Assembly (NCBI GenBank): GCA_019358915.1
Contig: JAHHIM010000007.1
Location: 32,001 to 96,000, forward strand
Reading direction: 5' to 3'
DNA: 64,000 bases
Origin: Trichormus sp. ATA11-4-KO1
Lineage (GTDB): Bacteria; Cyanobacteriota; Cyanobacteriia; Cyanobacteriales; Nostocaceae
The notes beneath the pieces were generated by a model, which was not told the origin of the DNA, made no database searches, and worked only from the letters and a program-made list of their open reading frames with translations. This document shows, in pieces, positions 21,928 through 32,805 of this stretch. The translations under genes were made by a program, and so were the position numbers. How positions within the stretch are numbered: position 1 is the stretch's first letter; the number at the start of each line of letters is the position of its first letter.

Positions 21928-22158
21928 AATATAGTGTGAGGAGCTTAACTAAGTACCATCATAAAGTAATGCCAAAGTGGCAAGATGCTCGTAACAATTT
22001 TGGTAACGGAAATTTTTTGATGCGTTAACGTTAGCACTACTGAAGTAAATTAGCATTGTCCTTTCGTTAGATTGTAACTCCAAGCAGCTTCTGTAACTAC
22101 CTGATAATTAGAGACAAATAAATTAAAAATTTCACCATTTTTAACTGAATAATTGATT

Positions 22159-23145
22159 TTAGAGCAAAGCACCGCCACAGCTGGAGCCACATCCCGCAGT
22201 ACAACCGTAGCAATAGTTAGCTGTTTGGATATCATTAATTAAGTTTAAACTGCCAAATTCTAGCAATTTGGCGACTGTGAGTGATTCACCATTGGTAGTT
22301 TTTGCAGGTAGATTCATCATCTGGTTAAAATCGCAATCATACACGTTGCCTAGGTAGTCAATTGATAATTCATCTCGACACATTAAATGTTCAACTGTAC
22401 TGTGATTGAAATGCGACTCTAGAAACTGCAAATAGCTAGTATGCAGCTTTTTCCGTTCTAAATGCATTTTAGTTCTGCCAACTGGCAGGTTAGTAATGGT
22501 GAATAGGTTGTTAAATACAATGTCAAAATGTTCTTGCAAGAACATTTTGTAATCTCGCTCTAGGTTAGTCTGTTCAGGCGCTAAGGAGAACTTTTCATTT
22601 GCAGGTAAAGGCGGATTATACACCAAGTCCAAAATTAAATTTGGTTTCTTGCCATAGCCGAGTTGATTAAGCCATTGTAATGCTTTAATTGAACTGTCAA
22701 AAACACCAGTTCCCCGCATTTTATCGACATTATCTGCTAGGTAGCAAGGCATGGAAGCAACAACTCTCACTTGGTGTTTAGCACAGTATTCTGGTAAATC
22801 ACCGAACCCATCTTCAAAATAAATGGTCAAATTAGACCGAACAATCACCTGTTTACCTGTTGATCTGGCTGCTTCTACCAGTGGCTTAAATCCATAATTA
22901 ATCTCTGGTGCGCCACCAGTTAAATCTACAGTTTGAATTTCGGGGAATTTGTAAATTAAAGCAATTAACTGTTCGCAAATTTGAGGAGATAGTTCTTCTG
23001 TGCGTTTCGGACTTGCTTCGACATGACAATGTGTGCAGGCAAGGTTACAACGCTTACCCAAATTAATTTGTAAAACAGATATATTCTTTTTTGTTAAAGG
23101 AGAATTTAATTTATCTTTAAATGTATTGATTGCTGTAGTTAGCAT
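22159..23145 (-). CDS. arsS: Radical SAM protein with Cys-rich C-terminus (arsenosugar biosynthesis ArsS type)
   Basis: CNLACTHC motif, DLTGGAPE, YDCDFNQM, C-terminal CYGCTAGCGSSCGGAL; co-operonic with arsM. Confidence 0.9.
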   Translation of the reverse strand: MLTTAINTFKDKLNSPLTKKNISVLQINLGKRCNLACTHCHVEASPKRTEELSPQICEQLIALIYKFPEIQTVDLTGGAPEINYGFKPLVEAARSTGKQVIVRSNLTIYFEDGFGDLPEYCAKHQVRVVASMPCYLADNVDKMRGTGVFDSSIKALQWLNQLGYGKKPNLILDLVYNPPLPANEKFSLAPEQTNLERDYKMFLQEHFDIVFNNLFTITNLPVGRTKMHLERKKLHTSYLQFLESHFNHSTVEHLMCRDELSIDYLGNVYDCDFNQMMNLPAKTTNGESLTVAKLLEFGSLNLINDIQTANYCYGCTAGCGSSCGGALL

Positions 23146-23196
23146 TATTTATTACTCCTGATAAGTGATTAATTATGGGAAAAAGTTAAGTTTTGC

Positions 23197-24153
23197 TCAT
23201 TGCAATAATCTATAGGTGATTCCACTAATAATTGTGGCAGTAGGTAAAGTTAAAATCCACGAAACTAGAATCTGATAAAAAACATGCGTATGGGCTTTTT
23301 TGGTAATTAGTCCCACACCAAAAATAGAACTAACTGAAACTAGAGTCGTAGACACAGGCAATCCAAAATAACTAGCCGCAATAACCAAAAATCCAGTTGC
23401 CATGTTGGCAGATAACCCTTGATTGCAATTCATTGAAGTGATTTTTTCACTCATGGTGTGTGCAATTTTTTGTGAGTTTAATAAACCACCAAGTCCCATT
23501 GCCATTGCTATTGTTAGCATTCCTCCCTGAATTGAAAAATAATCAATAATCAGAATGAGTGAAACAATCTTGGGAGTATCATTTAAGCCTCTCGTAAAAC
23601 TAATCATACCAGCACTAATAAAATGACAAATATCAATTATTCGCTGGTCAATTGGCAGTTGCAATTTTGAATTAATATAGTGTAATAAATTGTAAATTCC
23701 TGCTCCTAATAAAATAGCAATAATAGGACTAAGAAATAGTGGTAAGATAAAAGAGCTTCCCAAAACTGCAAAATTAACTTTGAGTCCAATAGCCACTAGT
23801 CCAGCACCGAGTAATGCACCTGTGATAGTGTGAGTTGTGGAGATGGGAAATCCGGTCAAGGCAGCGATTAGCACGGTCAAACCAGTAGTAATTGCTACTG
23901 ACAAATGAATTTCTGGTACATTAGCGATCGCATCTGGAAATATGCCTTGACCAGTAAACTTTTCTACAACACTGCTTGCCAAGAAAATAGAAGTTACGGC
24001 ACCTGCAAAAGTTGTCACACTAGCCCACAAAATGGCTGTTTGATAGCTGGTTGTCCGGCTACCAAACAGCGTTGCTACACCTTTAAAGTTATCGTTGGCT
24101 CCATGAGAATAGGCTAAAAAAAGTGTAGCCAGAAATAAACTGATTATTAACAT
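23197..24153 (-). CDS. PiT-family inorganic anion (phosphate/sulfate-type) transporter
   Basis: Two PiT signatures HGANDNFKG and RGLNDTPK; PISTTH and PVSTT motifs; multiple TM segments. Confidence 0.9.
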   Translation of the reverse strand: MLIISLFLATLFLAYSHGANDNFKGVATLFGSRTTSYQTAILWASVTTFAGAVTSIFLASSVVEKFTGQGIFPDAIANVPEIHLSVAITTGLTVLIAALTGFPISTTHTITGALLGAGLVAIGLKVNFAVLGSSFILPLFLSPIIAILLGAGIYNLLHYINSKLQLPIDQRIIDICHFISAGMISFTRGLNDTPKIVSLILIIDYFSIQGGMLTIAMAMGLGGLLNSQKIAHTMSEKITSMNCNQGLSANMATGFLVIAASYFGLPVSTTLVSVSSIFGVGLITKKAHTHVFYQILVSWILTLPTATIISGITYRLLQ

Positions 24154-24170
24154 TTTTGGGGCGTTAAAAG

Positions 24171-25139
24171 TTAACAGCAACCACCGCCATTATAGTGCCA
24201 GGTTGAATGGGTAATCATGATTTCATTTGGCTGTAAAGCTGCAAGTTTAGCCGCAGTTTTATCACACACTGCCGCAGGAATACCACGCTGAAGCAGATGT
24301 CCCGCCGAGTCATCAAAAAAAGATTCTGCACCAGCATAAATTGCCGTCTTGCCTGTGAATATACAAGCACCATCTTCGGGAATATCTACTTTGAAACAAA
24401 CAGAATCGAGACTTTCTAGCAGGAGATTGTCTTCTAGATGATACGTCTGAGAATCTAGCAGACGATAAGGGCGACGGGCACGAATTTCAATTTGACCAAA
24501 ACCAGCATTGATGATGCGTTGAGTATACTCTTCATAGGTGAGCGCCCCTGACAAACACATGGCGCGTAGTCGTTCATCTTGTTGTAGATGTGCGGGAATT
24601 GGACAAGTCGCAATAGGATCACTCATCTGCAAGCGTCCACCTGGTTTTAACACCCGATATGCTTCTTTTAAAGCACGAGTTAAATCTTCTGGTTCAAAGA
24701 TGTTAAAAAGGCAATTCTGCGCCACGATATCGACGCTAGCGTCAGCTACTGGTAGGTTAAAGGCATCACCTGCACGAATTTCCACAAAGCTGGTATCAAA
24801 CCAGGCATTTTCTGTAGCAGCAATTTTGAGGTTACGTGTGGCAGCTTCTCGCATAGCTGCAACTGGTTCAATGGCAATTACAGCACCTGAACGGCGGGAA
24901 AAATAAGCGAATTGCAATGCTTCTAACCCACCGCCAACACCAACATAAAGTACTGTGGGTTGGTGGGAAAGTTCAGTGTGGTGAACAGTTGTACCACAAC
25001 CATAGTTCATTTCCTGCATTGGCAAAGGAATGTTCAATCCTGGTAATTGCAGGGACGTACTTTGGACACAACAAAGTCCTACTTGCGGTGTTTCTGCCAC
25101 TTCACTATAAAACTGTGCTGCTGTTTCTAGATAGGTCAT
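24171..25139 (-). CDS. arsM: Arsenite S-adenosylmethionine methyltransferase (arsenosugar-associated ArsM)
   Basis: GLCC, NYGCG, YVGVGGG, QNCLFN, AMCLSGA, C-terminal GGGCC. Confidence 0.88.
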   Translation of the reverse strand: MTYLETAAQFYSEVAETPQVGLCCVQSTSLQLPGLNIPLPMQEMNYGCGTTVHHTELSHQPTVLYVGVGGGLEALQFAYFSRRSGAVIAIEPVAAMREAATRNLKIAATENAWFDTSFVEIRAGDAFNLPVADASVDIVAQNCLFNIFEPEDLTRALKEAYRVLKPGGRLQMSDPIATCPIPAHLQQDERLRAMCLSGALTYEEYTQRIINAGFGQIEIRARRPYRLLDSQTYHLEDNLLLESLDSVCFKVDIPEDGACIFTGKTAIYAGAESFFDDSAGHLLQRGIPAAVCDKTAAKLAALQPNEIMITHSTWHYNGGGCC

Positions 25140-25342
25140 TATGGTCTTAATCTTGTATATTGCCGTGTAGATTTCACTCTGTGCATCCTAATATAACTAA
25201 CCATGATTTAAATGAATTTTTCCTGAGAGCAAGATAACCTGCAAATGCTTATACAATAGGCTTGTTTGGCACAGCAGCATCAACAGGAATGACCGTGCGA
25301 ATATCCAAGCCCTCCACAAAGTGTAGCGGATTTGGAGATAAT

Positions 25343-26017
25343 TCACTCACGCAAGACGTAGCCGACACCACGCACAGTTTGAATCAGGCGCTTTTCGTTA
25401 TTGGTTTCGAGTTTCAGGCGCAGGTAACGCACGTACACTTCAATAATGTTGGAATCGCCCATGAAGTCATAACCCCAGACTTCCTCTAGAATGCGATCGC
25501 GTGTAATTACCTGTCGCGGATGAGTGAGTAAATACTCTAGTAAATCAAATTCTTTGGCAGTTAAATCAATTAACCTCTGTCCCCTAAACACTTCTCGTGT
25601 GCGCCGATTCAAACTCAAGTCTTCAAATTCTAAAATATCTGCGGCGTCTGCTTCCTTACTTCTGCGCAGATGAGCGCGGACTCTGGCTAATAATTCTTCA
25701 ACGCTGAAGGGTTTAACTACGTAGTCGTCAGCACCAGCATCTAAGCCGGCAACGCGATCGCTCACTTCATCTTTAGCCGTTAATAAAATTACTGGCACTT
25801 GATCGCCAGTACTTCGCAGGCGGCGACAAATTTCTAAGCCCGACAAACCAGGCAGCATCCAATCTAAAATTACTAAGTCTGGATGTAACTCTCTCGCTGC
25901 GGTGAGCGCAGTTAATCCATCGTAGGCGACACTGACTTGATAGCCTTCATAACTTAGTTCCAATTCTATAAATCGCGCCAGTTTGACTTCATCTTCAACC
26001 AGCAAGACGTGCGTCAT
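25343..26017 (-). CDS. OmpR/PhoB-family response regulator (no adjacent sensor kinase)
   Basis: [22 protein letters not shown], winged helix [13 protein letters not shown]...IQTVRGVGY. Confidence 0.95.
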   Translation of the reverse strand: MTHVLLVEDEVKLARFIELELSYEGYQVSVAYDGLTALTAARELHPDLVILDWMLPGLSGLEICRRLRSTGDQVPVILLTAKDEVSDRVAGLDAGADDYVVKPFSVEELLARVRAHLRRSKEADAADILEFEDLSLNRRTREVFRGQRLIDLTAKEFDLLEYLLTHPRQVITRDRILEEVWGYDFMGDSNIIEVYVRYLRLKLETNNEKRLIQTVRGVGYVLRE

Positions 26018-26206
26018 AGATGATGTTAAGGATTTCAGCAGGGTAAGTTAAGCAACAAATACAGACTGGTAACACTTTAGAGAGGTGCTGAGGCTAATAA
26101 ATAGCCAGACATCTAATTAGGTTGACTTAGCTTAGTATAGATTTGAGTAAGTAACAACCGTAAGTCTGTAATTACCGATAGCTGCTGAGCAAACCACTAC
26201 CCAACT

Positions 26207-26494
26207 TTAGCAATAAGCTGTAACGTCTTCACCACATTCATCTGCAAGGTAGCAAAGCGCTTTGAAACGCAGACTTACTAACTGCTCATAAAAAGGGTTT
26301 AATTTACACATTGCCGGAATGTGAAACAGCTGTTGACCAAATAGTATAATATCTCTTTCAAACGGGCATTGGGCAGGTATAGCTCTACACAAGAAATGCG
26401 CTAGCTTGGCATGATGAATTTCTCTACTTTCCAACCACACACGAACTAGGTGCAGTAGGTTGTTTTGTACCCGGATATGAGTCAAGCTTGTCAT
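26207..26494 (-). CDS. 'Mo-dependent nitrogenase C-terminal' domain small protein
   Basis: IPAQCPFERD...IPAMCKLNPFYEQLVSLRFKALCYLADECGED; RBS gaaggtg before ATG at 26494. Confidence 0.88.
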   Translation of the reverse strand: MTSLTHIRVQNNLLHLVRVWLESREIHHAKLAHFLCRAIPAQCPFERDIILFGQQLFHIPAMCKLNPFYEQLVSLRFKALCYLADECGEDVTAYC

Positions 26495-26755
26495 AATTTC
26501 ACCTTCAGAATTCATTAGCTGGGAAGCTCTATACAATACATACATTTGAGTTCTGTGATTTTATGCAACGATTGTTTGTTCCTGGATTTGCCATATTTAA
26601 CTACAAATGCACGTCTTGGTGTTCCAGACGTTTGGCTAAACGCTAGGCTAGATATAGTGTTTCCAGGTTGTGTCCATTGCCATACGTTTCGGGTAAAGAA
26701 GAAGGGTTTAAATTTACCCCTTCACCTTTTCCCAAACCACAAGGGAGGTTGATTT

Positions 26756-27379
26756 ATGACTCATAACTTTCTCGGTAACAAAAAGCTACTCTTTGACCAA
26801 TGGGCACCAAGCTACGATTGGCTTTTCCCTTCGATAATTTACCAAGCTATCCACAAGCGGTTGCTGGAGTATGTGGATTTACCAAAGCAAGCAAATATAC
26901 TTGACATGGGCTGTGGTACTGGAAGACTACTTCAGCGCTTGGCAACTAAATTTCCTGACTTGTGTGGTACTGGATTAGATTTATCTTCTAATATGTTGCG
27001 GATAGCAAGACTGAGCAATCACCACCATCCACGCTTAATTTATATTGAGGGCAACGCTGAAGCTCTTCCCTTTGGTGAAGGTCAGTTTGATGCTGTCTTT
27101 AGCACTATCAGCTTCTTGCACTATTTAGCACCGCAACAGGTGTTGAGTCAAGTGGCGCGGGTGCTTTCTCCTGGTGGACGCTTCTATCTAGTTGACATCA
27201 CCACCAAAAAAGAAACCAAACCACAAGTTCTGCCCATCTCTCCTCGTGGTATCAGACTTTACAGTCCTCAGCAACGTGAACTTTTAGGCTCCTCGGCGGG
27301 ATTGTTGTGTTTGAGTCACTATTATTTACTAGGGCCTGTATTGCTAACAATTTTTGCTAAACCACCCTTAGATGAATAG
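26756..27379 (+). CDS. Class I SAM-dependent methyltransferase
   Basis: ILDMGCGTG, GNAEALPF, VLSPGGRF; gggagg RBS. Confidence 0.92.
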   Translation: MTHNFLGNKKLLFDQWAPSYDWLFPSIIYQAIHKRLLEYVDLPKQANILDMGCGTGRLLQRLATKFPDLCGTGLDLSSNMLRIARLSNHHHPRLIYIEGNAEALPFGEGQFDAVFSTISFLHYLAPQQVLSQVARVLSPGGRFYLVDITTKKETKPQVLPISPRGIRLYSPQQRELLGSSAGLLCLSHYYLLGPVLLTIFAKPPLDE

Positions 27380-27514
27380 ATCATACATTTTGATATTATG
27401 ATCGCCTAATCTCTAGGCAGCAAAGAGGCGATCGCTAACAATTATAAAAATCGCAGGTCTTCATAATCTTAGCATTTTTATCTTGACATTTTGCTAAATA
27501 AATGATATTCAAAA

Positions 27515-28249
27515 TCAATCTGCGAAAACTTGGATTTCATCTAGTTGATTAATCACCACATCTGCGCCTTGGACATGATCTGATTTACCGACCCAAGTGA
27601 TCCCAATACAACCTGCGGCTTTGGCATTACGAGCCATTTGCATATCACCGACAGAATCCCCCACCATCAAAGTAGCGCTTGGTTGTACTTTCAGCGCTTG
27701 GCAAGCTTGCAAAAACAATACTGGATCTGGTTTACTTGGGCCATCATCTACTCCCTGTTGCACCTGGATATAATCACTTAACTCGTGTCGTGCTACAAAT
27801 TCAGTAACTTCGGCTGATGTGGCGGCTGAAATGATACCGAGTTTCACTCCTGCATTCGACAGAGACTTTAATACCTCCAAGCTACCTGGAAATATTGGTG
27901 CAGGAGTTGTGCCAAGATATTTTTCAGCTTCGTCTAAAGATTGACGAGCTATTTTTAACGACTCAAACCATCCTTTCCCGGTTTCAGCAATATATGCAGC
28001 TGCGGCAATTTCTGTTTCACGGCGACTCGCTACAGCTATTAAACCGGCTGGATCTAGGGTATTGCCATTGATGCCAAAGGCCATTAATAAGGGTTCCCCA
28101 ATTCCGGGAATTTGAGCGTCTATCATTCGCGCTCCTCTTTGTCCAAGCGATCGCAAATACGCTTCGGAGTCTTCTAAAGTACCATTTTTGTCAAAAAAAA
28201 TTGCCTGGATGTGAGAAAAAGTGATGTTTTTACATTTAATAGTTACCAA
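27515..28249 (-). CDS. HAD-family hydrolase
   Basis: FFDKNGTL, SKPDP, MVGDS. Confidence 0.92.
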   Translation of the reverse strand: MVTIKCKNITFSHIQAIFFDKNGTLEDSEAYLRSLGQRGARMIDAQIPGIGEPLLMAFGINGNTLDPAGLIAVASRRETEIAAAAYIAETGKGWFESLKIARQSLDEAEKYLGTTPAPIFPGSLEVLKSLSNAGVKLGIISAATSAEVTEFVARHELSDYIQVQQGVDDGPSKPDPVLFLQACQALKVQPSATLMVGDSVGDMQMARNAKAAGCIGITWVGKSDHVQGADVVINQLDEIQVFAD

Positions 28250-28281
28250 AAGACGTCACCTCATTTAACAAATTGGCCATA

Positions 28282-28305
28282 AAAAAAGAGGGGTTGTCCC
28301 TCTTT
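28282..28305 (-). terminator. rps1 terminator
   Basis: aaagagggg-ttgt-ccctcttt hairpin with an A-run on + (U-tail on the minus strand). Confidence 0.75.
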
Positions 28306-28355
28306 AATAAATACTTTAATACTCTTAGTTACAGACAAGTAAAACTACAGATGTA

Positions 28356-29507
28356 TTACTCTTCAATAGTGGCTGGAATTTCTTCTTCCATAGCAGTTAC
28401 AGCAGATACTTGTTCTTGAGTTTCTGTTGCTGCTGGAATTTCTTCTTCCGTTGCAGGTGGGATTTCTTCAGCCATAGCAGTTACAGCAGATACTTGTTCT
28501 TGAGTTTCCGTTGCTGCTGGAATTTCCTCTTGTGTTGCCGATGGAGTTTCTTCTTCTGTTGCAGGTGGGATTTCTTCTTCTGTTGCAGGTGCAGCAGTAA
28601 TACCTTGCTGTTTGGCTAGCATTTGTTCGCGATACCTAGCTGCCATTTCTTCGGCTTTATCGTAGACCAAATCACGGTTCTTGATCATGTCACCGGGTTC
28701 GGGTTCTAGCTGCTTAGTAGACAAAGAAATCCGACCTCGTTCTGCATCCAAGTCAATAATCATGACTTTAACTTCATCATTGACATTGAACACACTATGA
28801 GGCGTATCAATATGCTCGTGAGAAATCTCAGAAATGTGCAGCAGTCCACTGACACCACCAATATCGATAAATGCACCGTAAGGCTTGATCCCACGCACTG
28901 TACCAATTACTACTTCGCCTACTTCCAAGCGATTCATCTTCCGCTCAACCAGCGCTCGACGGTGGGATAGAACTAGGCGGTTGCGTTCTTCGTCTACTTC
29001 TAGGAATTTTAAGGGTAGTTCTTCGCCTACCAATTCTTCCTTGGGTTTGCGGGTGCTGATGTGAGAACCGGGGATAAAGCCGCGTAATCCTTCAATACGT
29101 ACCAATGCACCACCACGGTTAGTAGCAAACACACCAGAACGAACAGTAGCATCTTCTGCTTGTAACTGCCGCACACGCTCCCAAGCGCGCATGTATTCAA
29201 TGCGACGAATAGAAAGAGTTAGCTGACCATCTTCGTTTTCATCAGTGAGAATGAAAAACTCTCTGGTTTCGTTTGATTGTAAAACTTCTTCCGGGGCATC
29301 GACCCGGTTTATAGACATTTCTTGTATAGGTATGTAGGCTGCTGTTTTAGCACCTATGTCAATCAGAGCGCCGCGCGGCTCTATACTGAAAACTGTTCCT
29401 GGTACAATATCGCCAGGGCTGAAGTGATAATCGTACTTGTCAAGTAGAGCAGCGAAATCTTCGTGAGTAAATCCAATTTCTGTAGCGGTTAAGTTCTGAT
29501 TGACCAT
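28356..29507 (-). CDS. rpsA: 30S ribosomal protein S1 (cyanobacterial Rps1a) with expanded acidic tail
   Basis: Three S1 domains (GALIDIGAK, GFIPGSHIS, GLLHISEISH). Confidence 0.97.
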   Translation of the reverse strand: MVNQNLTATEIGFTHEDFAALLDKYDYHFSPGDIVPGTVFSIEPRGALIDIGAKTAAYIPIQEMSINRVDAPEEVLQSNETREFFILTDENEDGQLTLSIRRIEYMRAWERVRQLQAEDATVRSGVFATNRGGALVRIEGLRGFIPGSHISTRKPKEELVGEELPLKFLEVDEERNRLVLSHRRALVERKMNRLEVGEVVIGTVRGIKPYGAFIDIGGVSGLLHISEISHEHIDTPHSVFNVNDEVKVMIIDLDAERGRISLSTKQLEPEPGDMIKNRDLVYDKAEEMAARYREQMLAKQQGITAAPATEEEIPPATEEETPSATQEEIPAATETQEQVSAVTAMAEEIPPATEEEIPAATETQEQVSAVTAMEEEIPATIEE

Positions 29508-29761
29508 GCTGATTTGTTCCTGGTTCTAGTCTCCGTAAAGTTTGTGGCATAGGCGTGATGTATATGCAAGGCACTAGGCGGCAGGTACACCTACATCTTT
29601 TTTCATCCTAGCGCAGAAAAGCTAGCACTAACACATATTAACTTCCAGATAGAAAATTATATCATGATTATTCTCTGAATTCTCATTATCCAGAACTAAA
29701 TTAGGGGGTCTCACCCCTCATACAAGTATTGATAAAAACTGTATTTGACTGATAAACATAG

Positions 29762-29800
29762 TTATCCGCCGTTACCACTATTAGTAACAGCGGATAAAAA
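29762..29800 (-). terminator. psbB-psbT terminator hairpin
   Basis: ttatccgccgttac...gtaacagcggataa. Confidence 0.7.
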
Positions 29801-29837
29801 GTTTGTATGCTCTTAAAAATCTGATCAGAGCAGCCTA

Positions 29838-29942
29838 TTAATCATCTTTCTTTTGGATGCGGGGGGGTTCGCGGAATGCGATCGCAAAGAAAAGAACTCC
29901 TATTGCCAGGGTCAAAATTAAGATGTACGCAACGCTTTCCAT
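29838..29942 (-). CDS. psbT: Photosystem II reaction centre protein T (34 aa; absent from ORF track)
   Basis: Hand translation [34 protein letters not shown]; aggag RBS; directly downstream of psbB. Confidence 0.97.
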   Translation of the reverse strand: MESVAYILILTLAIGVLFFAIAFREPPRIQKKDD

Positions 29943-29991
29943 ATTAAAAGCTCCTGCTTATCCAGCCAGTAATGATAGTTGATCAATTTCA

Positions 29992-30056
29992 GGGATTGGG
30001 TATTGAGGATTGGGGATTAAGAAGACTTTTTCCCAATCCCTAATCCCTAATTCCCA
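29992..30056. repeat. Inverted STRR-type heptamer arrays between psbB and psbT
   Basis: gggattg/ggtattg/aggattg/gggatta facing cccaatc/cctaatc/cctaatt. Confidence 0.8.
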
Positions 30057-30060
30057 AAAA

Positions 30061-31590
30061 TTAGAGGGCTTCCTTCCGGCGGGTTGTTTTATCACCCACT
30101 TTCTGGAACAGACCCCACTCAACTTGCTCTTCGAGATCCGCATCAACACCAGCAAATACGTCTCGGTAGATTGTCCGAGAACCATGCCAGAGATGACCAA
30201 AGAAGAATAACAGAGCAAATACAGCGTGTCCGAAAGTAAACCAACCTCTGGGGCTAGTGCGGAACACACCATCAGAGTTCAAGGTTTCCCGGTCAAATTC
30301 AAATATTTCACCGCCTTGAGCTTTACGGGCATACTTCTTCACATCGGCTGGATCTGTAAAGGTCTTGCCATCTAGATCACCACCATAGAAGCTGACAGTG
30401 ACACCCGTTTGTTCAAAGCTATACTTGGATTCTGCCCGACGGAAGGGAATATCAGCTCGGATAATCCCATCAGCATCGGTCAAGATTACCGGGAAGGTTT
30501 CAAAGAAGTTGGGGAGACGACGCACGGTTAGTTCCCGCCCATTAGCATCTTTAAATACCGCGTGGCCTTGCCAAGATTGGGCAATACCATCACCTTTGAC
30601 CATTGGGCCTGTACGGAATAGACCGCCTTTAGCAGGACTATTACCGACATAATCATAGAAAGCTAGTTTCTCAGGAATCTGTGACCAAGCTTCTGAAAGG
30701 GTTGCACCCTCCGCCAGGCTAGTTTGTACGCGACGTTCGATTTCCTGAGTGAAGTAACCTTGATCCCACTGATAACGGGTAGGGCCAAATAGTTCAATCG
30801 GAGTGGTAGCGTTACCGTACCACATCGTACCCGCAACAACGAAGGCTGCGAAGAATACCGCAGCAATACTGCTAGAAAGTACGGTTTCTATGTTCCCCAT
30901 CCGTAGGGCTTTGTATAGCCGTTCGGGAGGTCTGACTGTGAGGTGGAATAAACCAGCAATAATGCCAACAACGCCTGCTGCGATGTGGTGAGCAACAACG
31001 CCACCAGGGTTAAATGGGTTAAACCCGGCCGGCCCCCATTCTGGTGCTACTGGTTGGATGCTACCAGTAATACCGTAGGCATCAGAAACCCACATTCCCG
31101 GGCCAAATAGTCCGGTGAGATGGAAAGCACCAAAGCCAAAACAAAGTAGACCAGATAAGAACAGGTGAATGCCAAACATTTTTGGCAAGTCTAGAGCAGG
31201 TTCACCAGTACGGGGATCTCTAAAGAGTTCCAAATCCCAGTAAACCCAGTGCCAGACTGCGGCTAGGAATAACAAACCGGAAAGGACGATATGAGCGGCG
31301 GCAACGCCTTCAAATGACCAGAAACCAGGATCGGTGGCTGGCCCGCCAGTCACGTTCCAGCCACCCCAAGATTGGGTGACGCCTAAACGTGACATGAAGG
31401 GCAGGACGAACATTCCTTGACGCCACATCGGGTTGAGAACCGGATCACTGGGGTCATAGATAGCTAGTTCGTATAATGCCATTGAACCAGCCCAGCCTGC
31501 CACCAAGGCTGTGTGCATCAAGTGTACAGAAATCAATCGTCCTGGATCGTTCAGAACAACTGTATGTACTCGGTACCAAGGTAGTCCCAT
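30061..31590 (-). CDS. psbB: Photosystem II CP47 chlorophyll-binding protein
   Basis: [19 protein letters not shown] start; full-length 509 aa. Confidence 0.99.
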   Translation of the reverse strand: MGLPWYRVHTVVLNDPGRLISVHLMHTALVAGWAGSMALYELAIYDPSDPVLNPMWRQGMFVLPFMSRLGVTQSWGGWNVTGGPATDPGFWSFEGVAAAHIVLSGLLFLAAVWHWVYWDLELFRDPRTGEPALDLPKMFGIHLFLSGLLCFGFGAFHLTGLFGPGMWVSDAYGITGSIQPVAPEWGPAGFNPFNPGGVVAHHIAAGVVGIIAGLFHLTVRPPERLYKALRMGNIETVLSSSIAAVFFAAFVVAGTMWYGNATTPIELFGPTRYQWDQGYFTQEIERRVQTSLAEGATLSEAWSQIPEKLAFYDYVGNSPAKGGLFRTGPMVKGDGIAQSWQGHAVFKDANGRELTVRRLPNFFETFPVILTDADGIIRADIPFRRAESKYSFEQTGVTVSFYGGDLDGKTFTDPADVKKYARKAQGGEIFEFDRETLNSDGVFRTSPRGWFTFGHAVFALLFFFGHLWHGSRTIYRDVFAGVDADLEEQVEWGLFQKVGDKTTRRKEAL

Positions 31591-32230
31591 CGACTACGCT
31601 CCTCCTCGATGAGTTATGTTTACAAAGCAATTTTCTTACCGAGGTTCTGAGGGGCGGAAGTTGCCATTCAGTGAACTCTCTGAGTTTTTGTTATTGCCAG
31701 GATATTGAGTTTAACCACAACTGAGTCTTGATGAATCAGACCGTGTGGCTAGTTTGGCAATACCATGAGACTCTGGGTAGCTTTACCCCATAGAGTAGCG
31801 ATCGCTTGTAAACTGCCGAGTTATTTTCTCCAAGAAAACACCCCTCTGGTTTTTCAAAAACCAGACAAACGCCTATAAGACGTTTGGGCATTTGGACATA
31901 CTACGCTTTAGGAAGCTACCTTTTGAGCGTCTAGGCAATTGCCAAGCAAAAATGAGAATGTTTTAAAAAGTGTAACTATTGATGGACTTGTTTGCAAGCG
32001 TGTAAATAGATGCGATCGCGTAGCGTTACAGTATCATCTAGCTACAAATCGCCGTCACAATTTAATTTACGTACGTCTAGCTTACCTAAAAAAGGCAGGA
32101 GGCAGGGAAAGCAGGGGGGCACAGGTGCAGGGGGAGATTAATAACAGAACTTGAAGCATCTAGGTTGATACTCAGCACTTAGGAAGGAAGCACTTTGCTA
32201 TATAGTCGACTCTGGAAAATTTAATTATTT

Positions 32231-32278
32231 AAATTAATAAATCTGCACTGTATGAGAATAGTGCAGATTTATTAATTT
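32231..32278. terminator. Long AT-rich hairpin
   Basis: aaattaataaatctgcact...agtgcagatttattaattt. Confidence 0.6.
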
Positions 32279-32451
32279 AGGTAATTACCAATTAATATAT
32301 TGGCTGTTACATATTGGTGGGATGAAGGCGTTTATTTTCAGGAATGGGCATCTGGCTGCTTGATTTCTGAGAACTGCCGTGCGAAATTCAGTGAATATTT
32401 AGAAATATTTAGAATTGAACTTGCTTAGAGACCTTTTTTCCTGCTTGTGCA

Positions 32452-32805
32452 TTAATTATTCTGTAAATCACGGGCAGTTTCTTTAGCACCTTCTACATAC
32501 CCTGATCCAAATTCTTTAAAGGCTTCTGCTGATTCTTCCCCAATCTTCTGAAGTCGCTTAACAGGAGAACCTTCCGTTTCACGGGCTTCTTCATGCCACT
32601 CCCCTGTGGTTTTTGGTCTTTGGGAATCGTCTTGATGTATTTGTGCGTCCACTTTTTCTCTTAAGGCTTTGTTATTATACTCAGGGGCGACATTCGTTGT
32701 CAGCACGAGGAAGCCAACTAAGACAATGGATAGAAAACGTTTTAGCTGAATTCCTTTCATGAGGAAAGTAATATGAGTAATTGCCCTGGAAATCAAATTT
32801 ATCAT
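32452..32805 (-). CDS. Hypothetical membrane-anchored or secreted small protein
   Basis: Hydrophobic FLSIVLVGFLVLTTN, conserved-looking RPKTTGEW, helical charged tail; ggag RBS. Confidence 0.75.
   Translation of the reverse strand: MINLISRAITHITFLMKGIQLKRFLSIVLVGFLVLTTNVAPEYNNKALREKVDAQIHQDDSQRPKTTGEWHEEARETEGSPVKRLQKIGEESAEAFKEFGSGYVEGAKETARDLQNN

Noticed and set aside
22159..22220. Possible selenocysteine in the ArsS Cys-rich tail
   Set aside because: All positions are TGT/TGC codons; no in-frame TGA
26207..26494. Nitrogen-fixation gene implied by the domain name
   Set aside because: The family name is not evidence of nitrogenase function, and no nif genes are nearby
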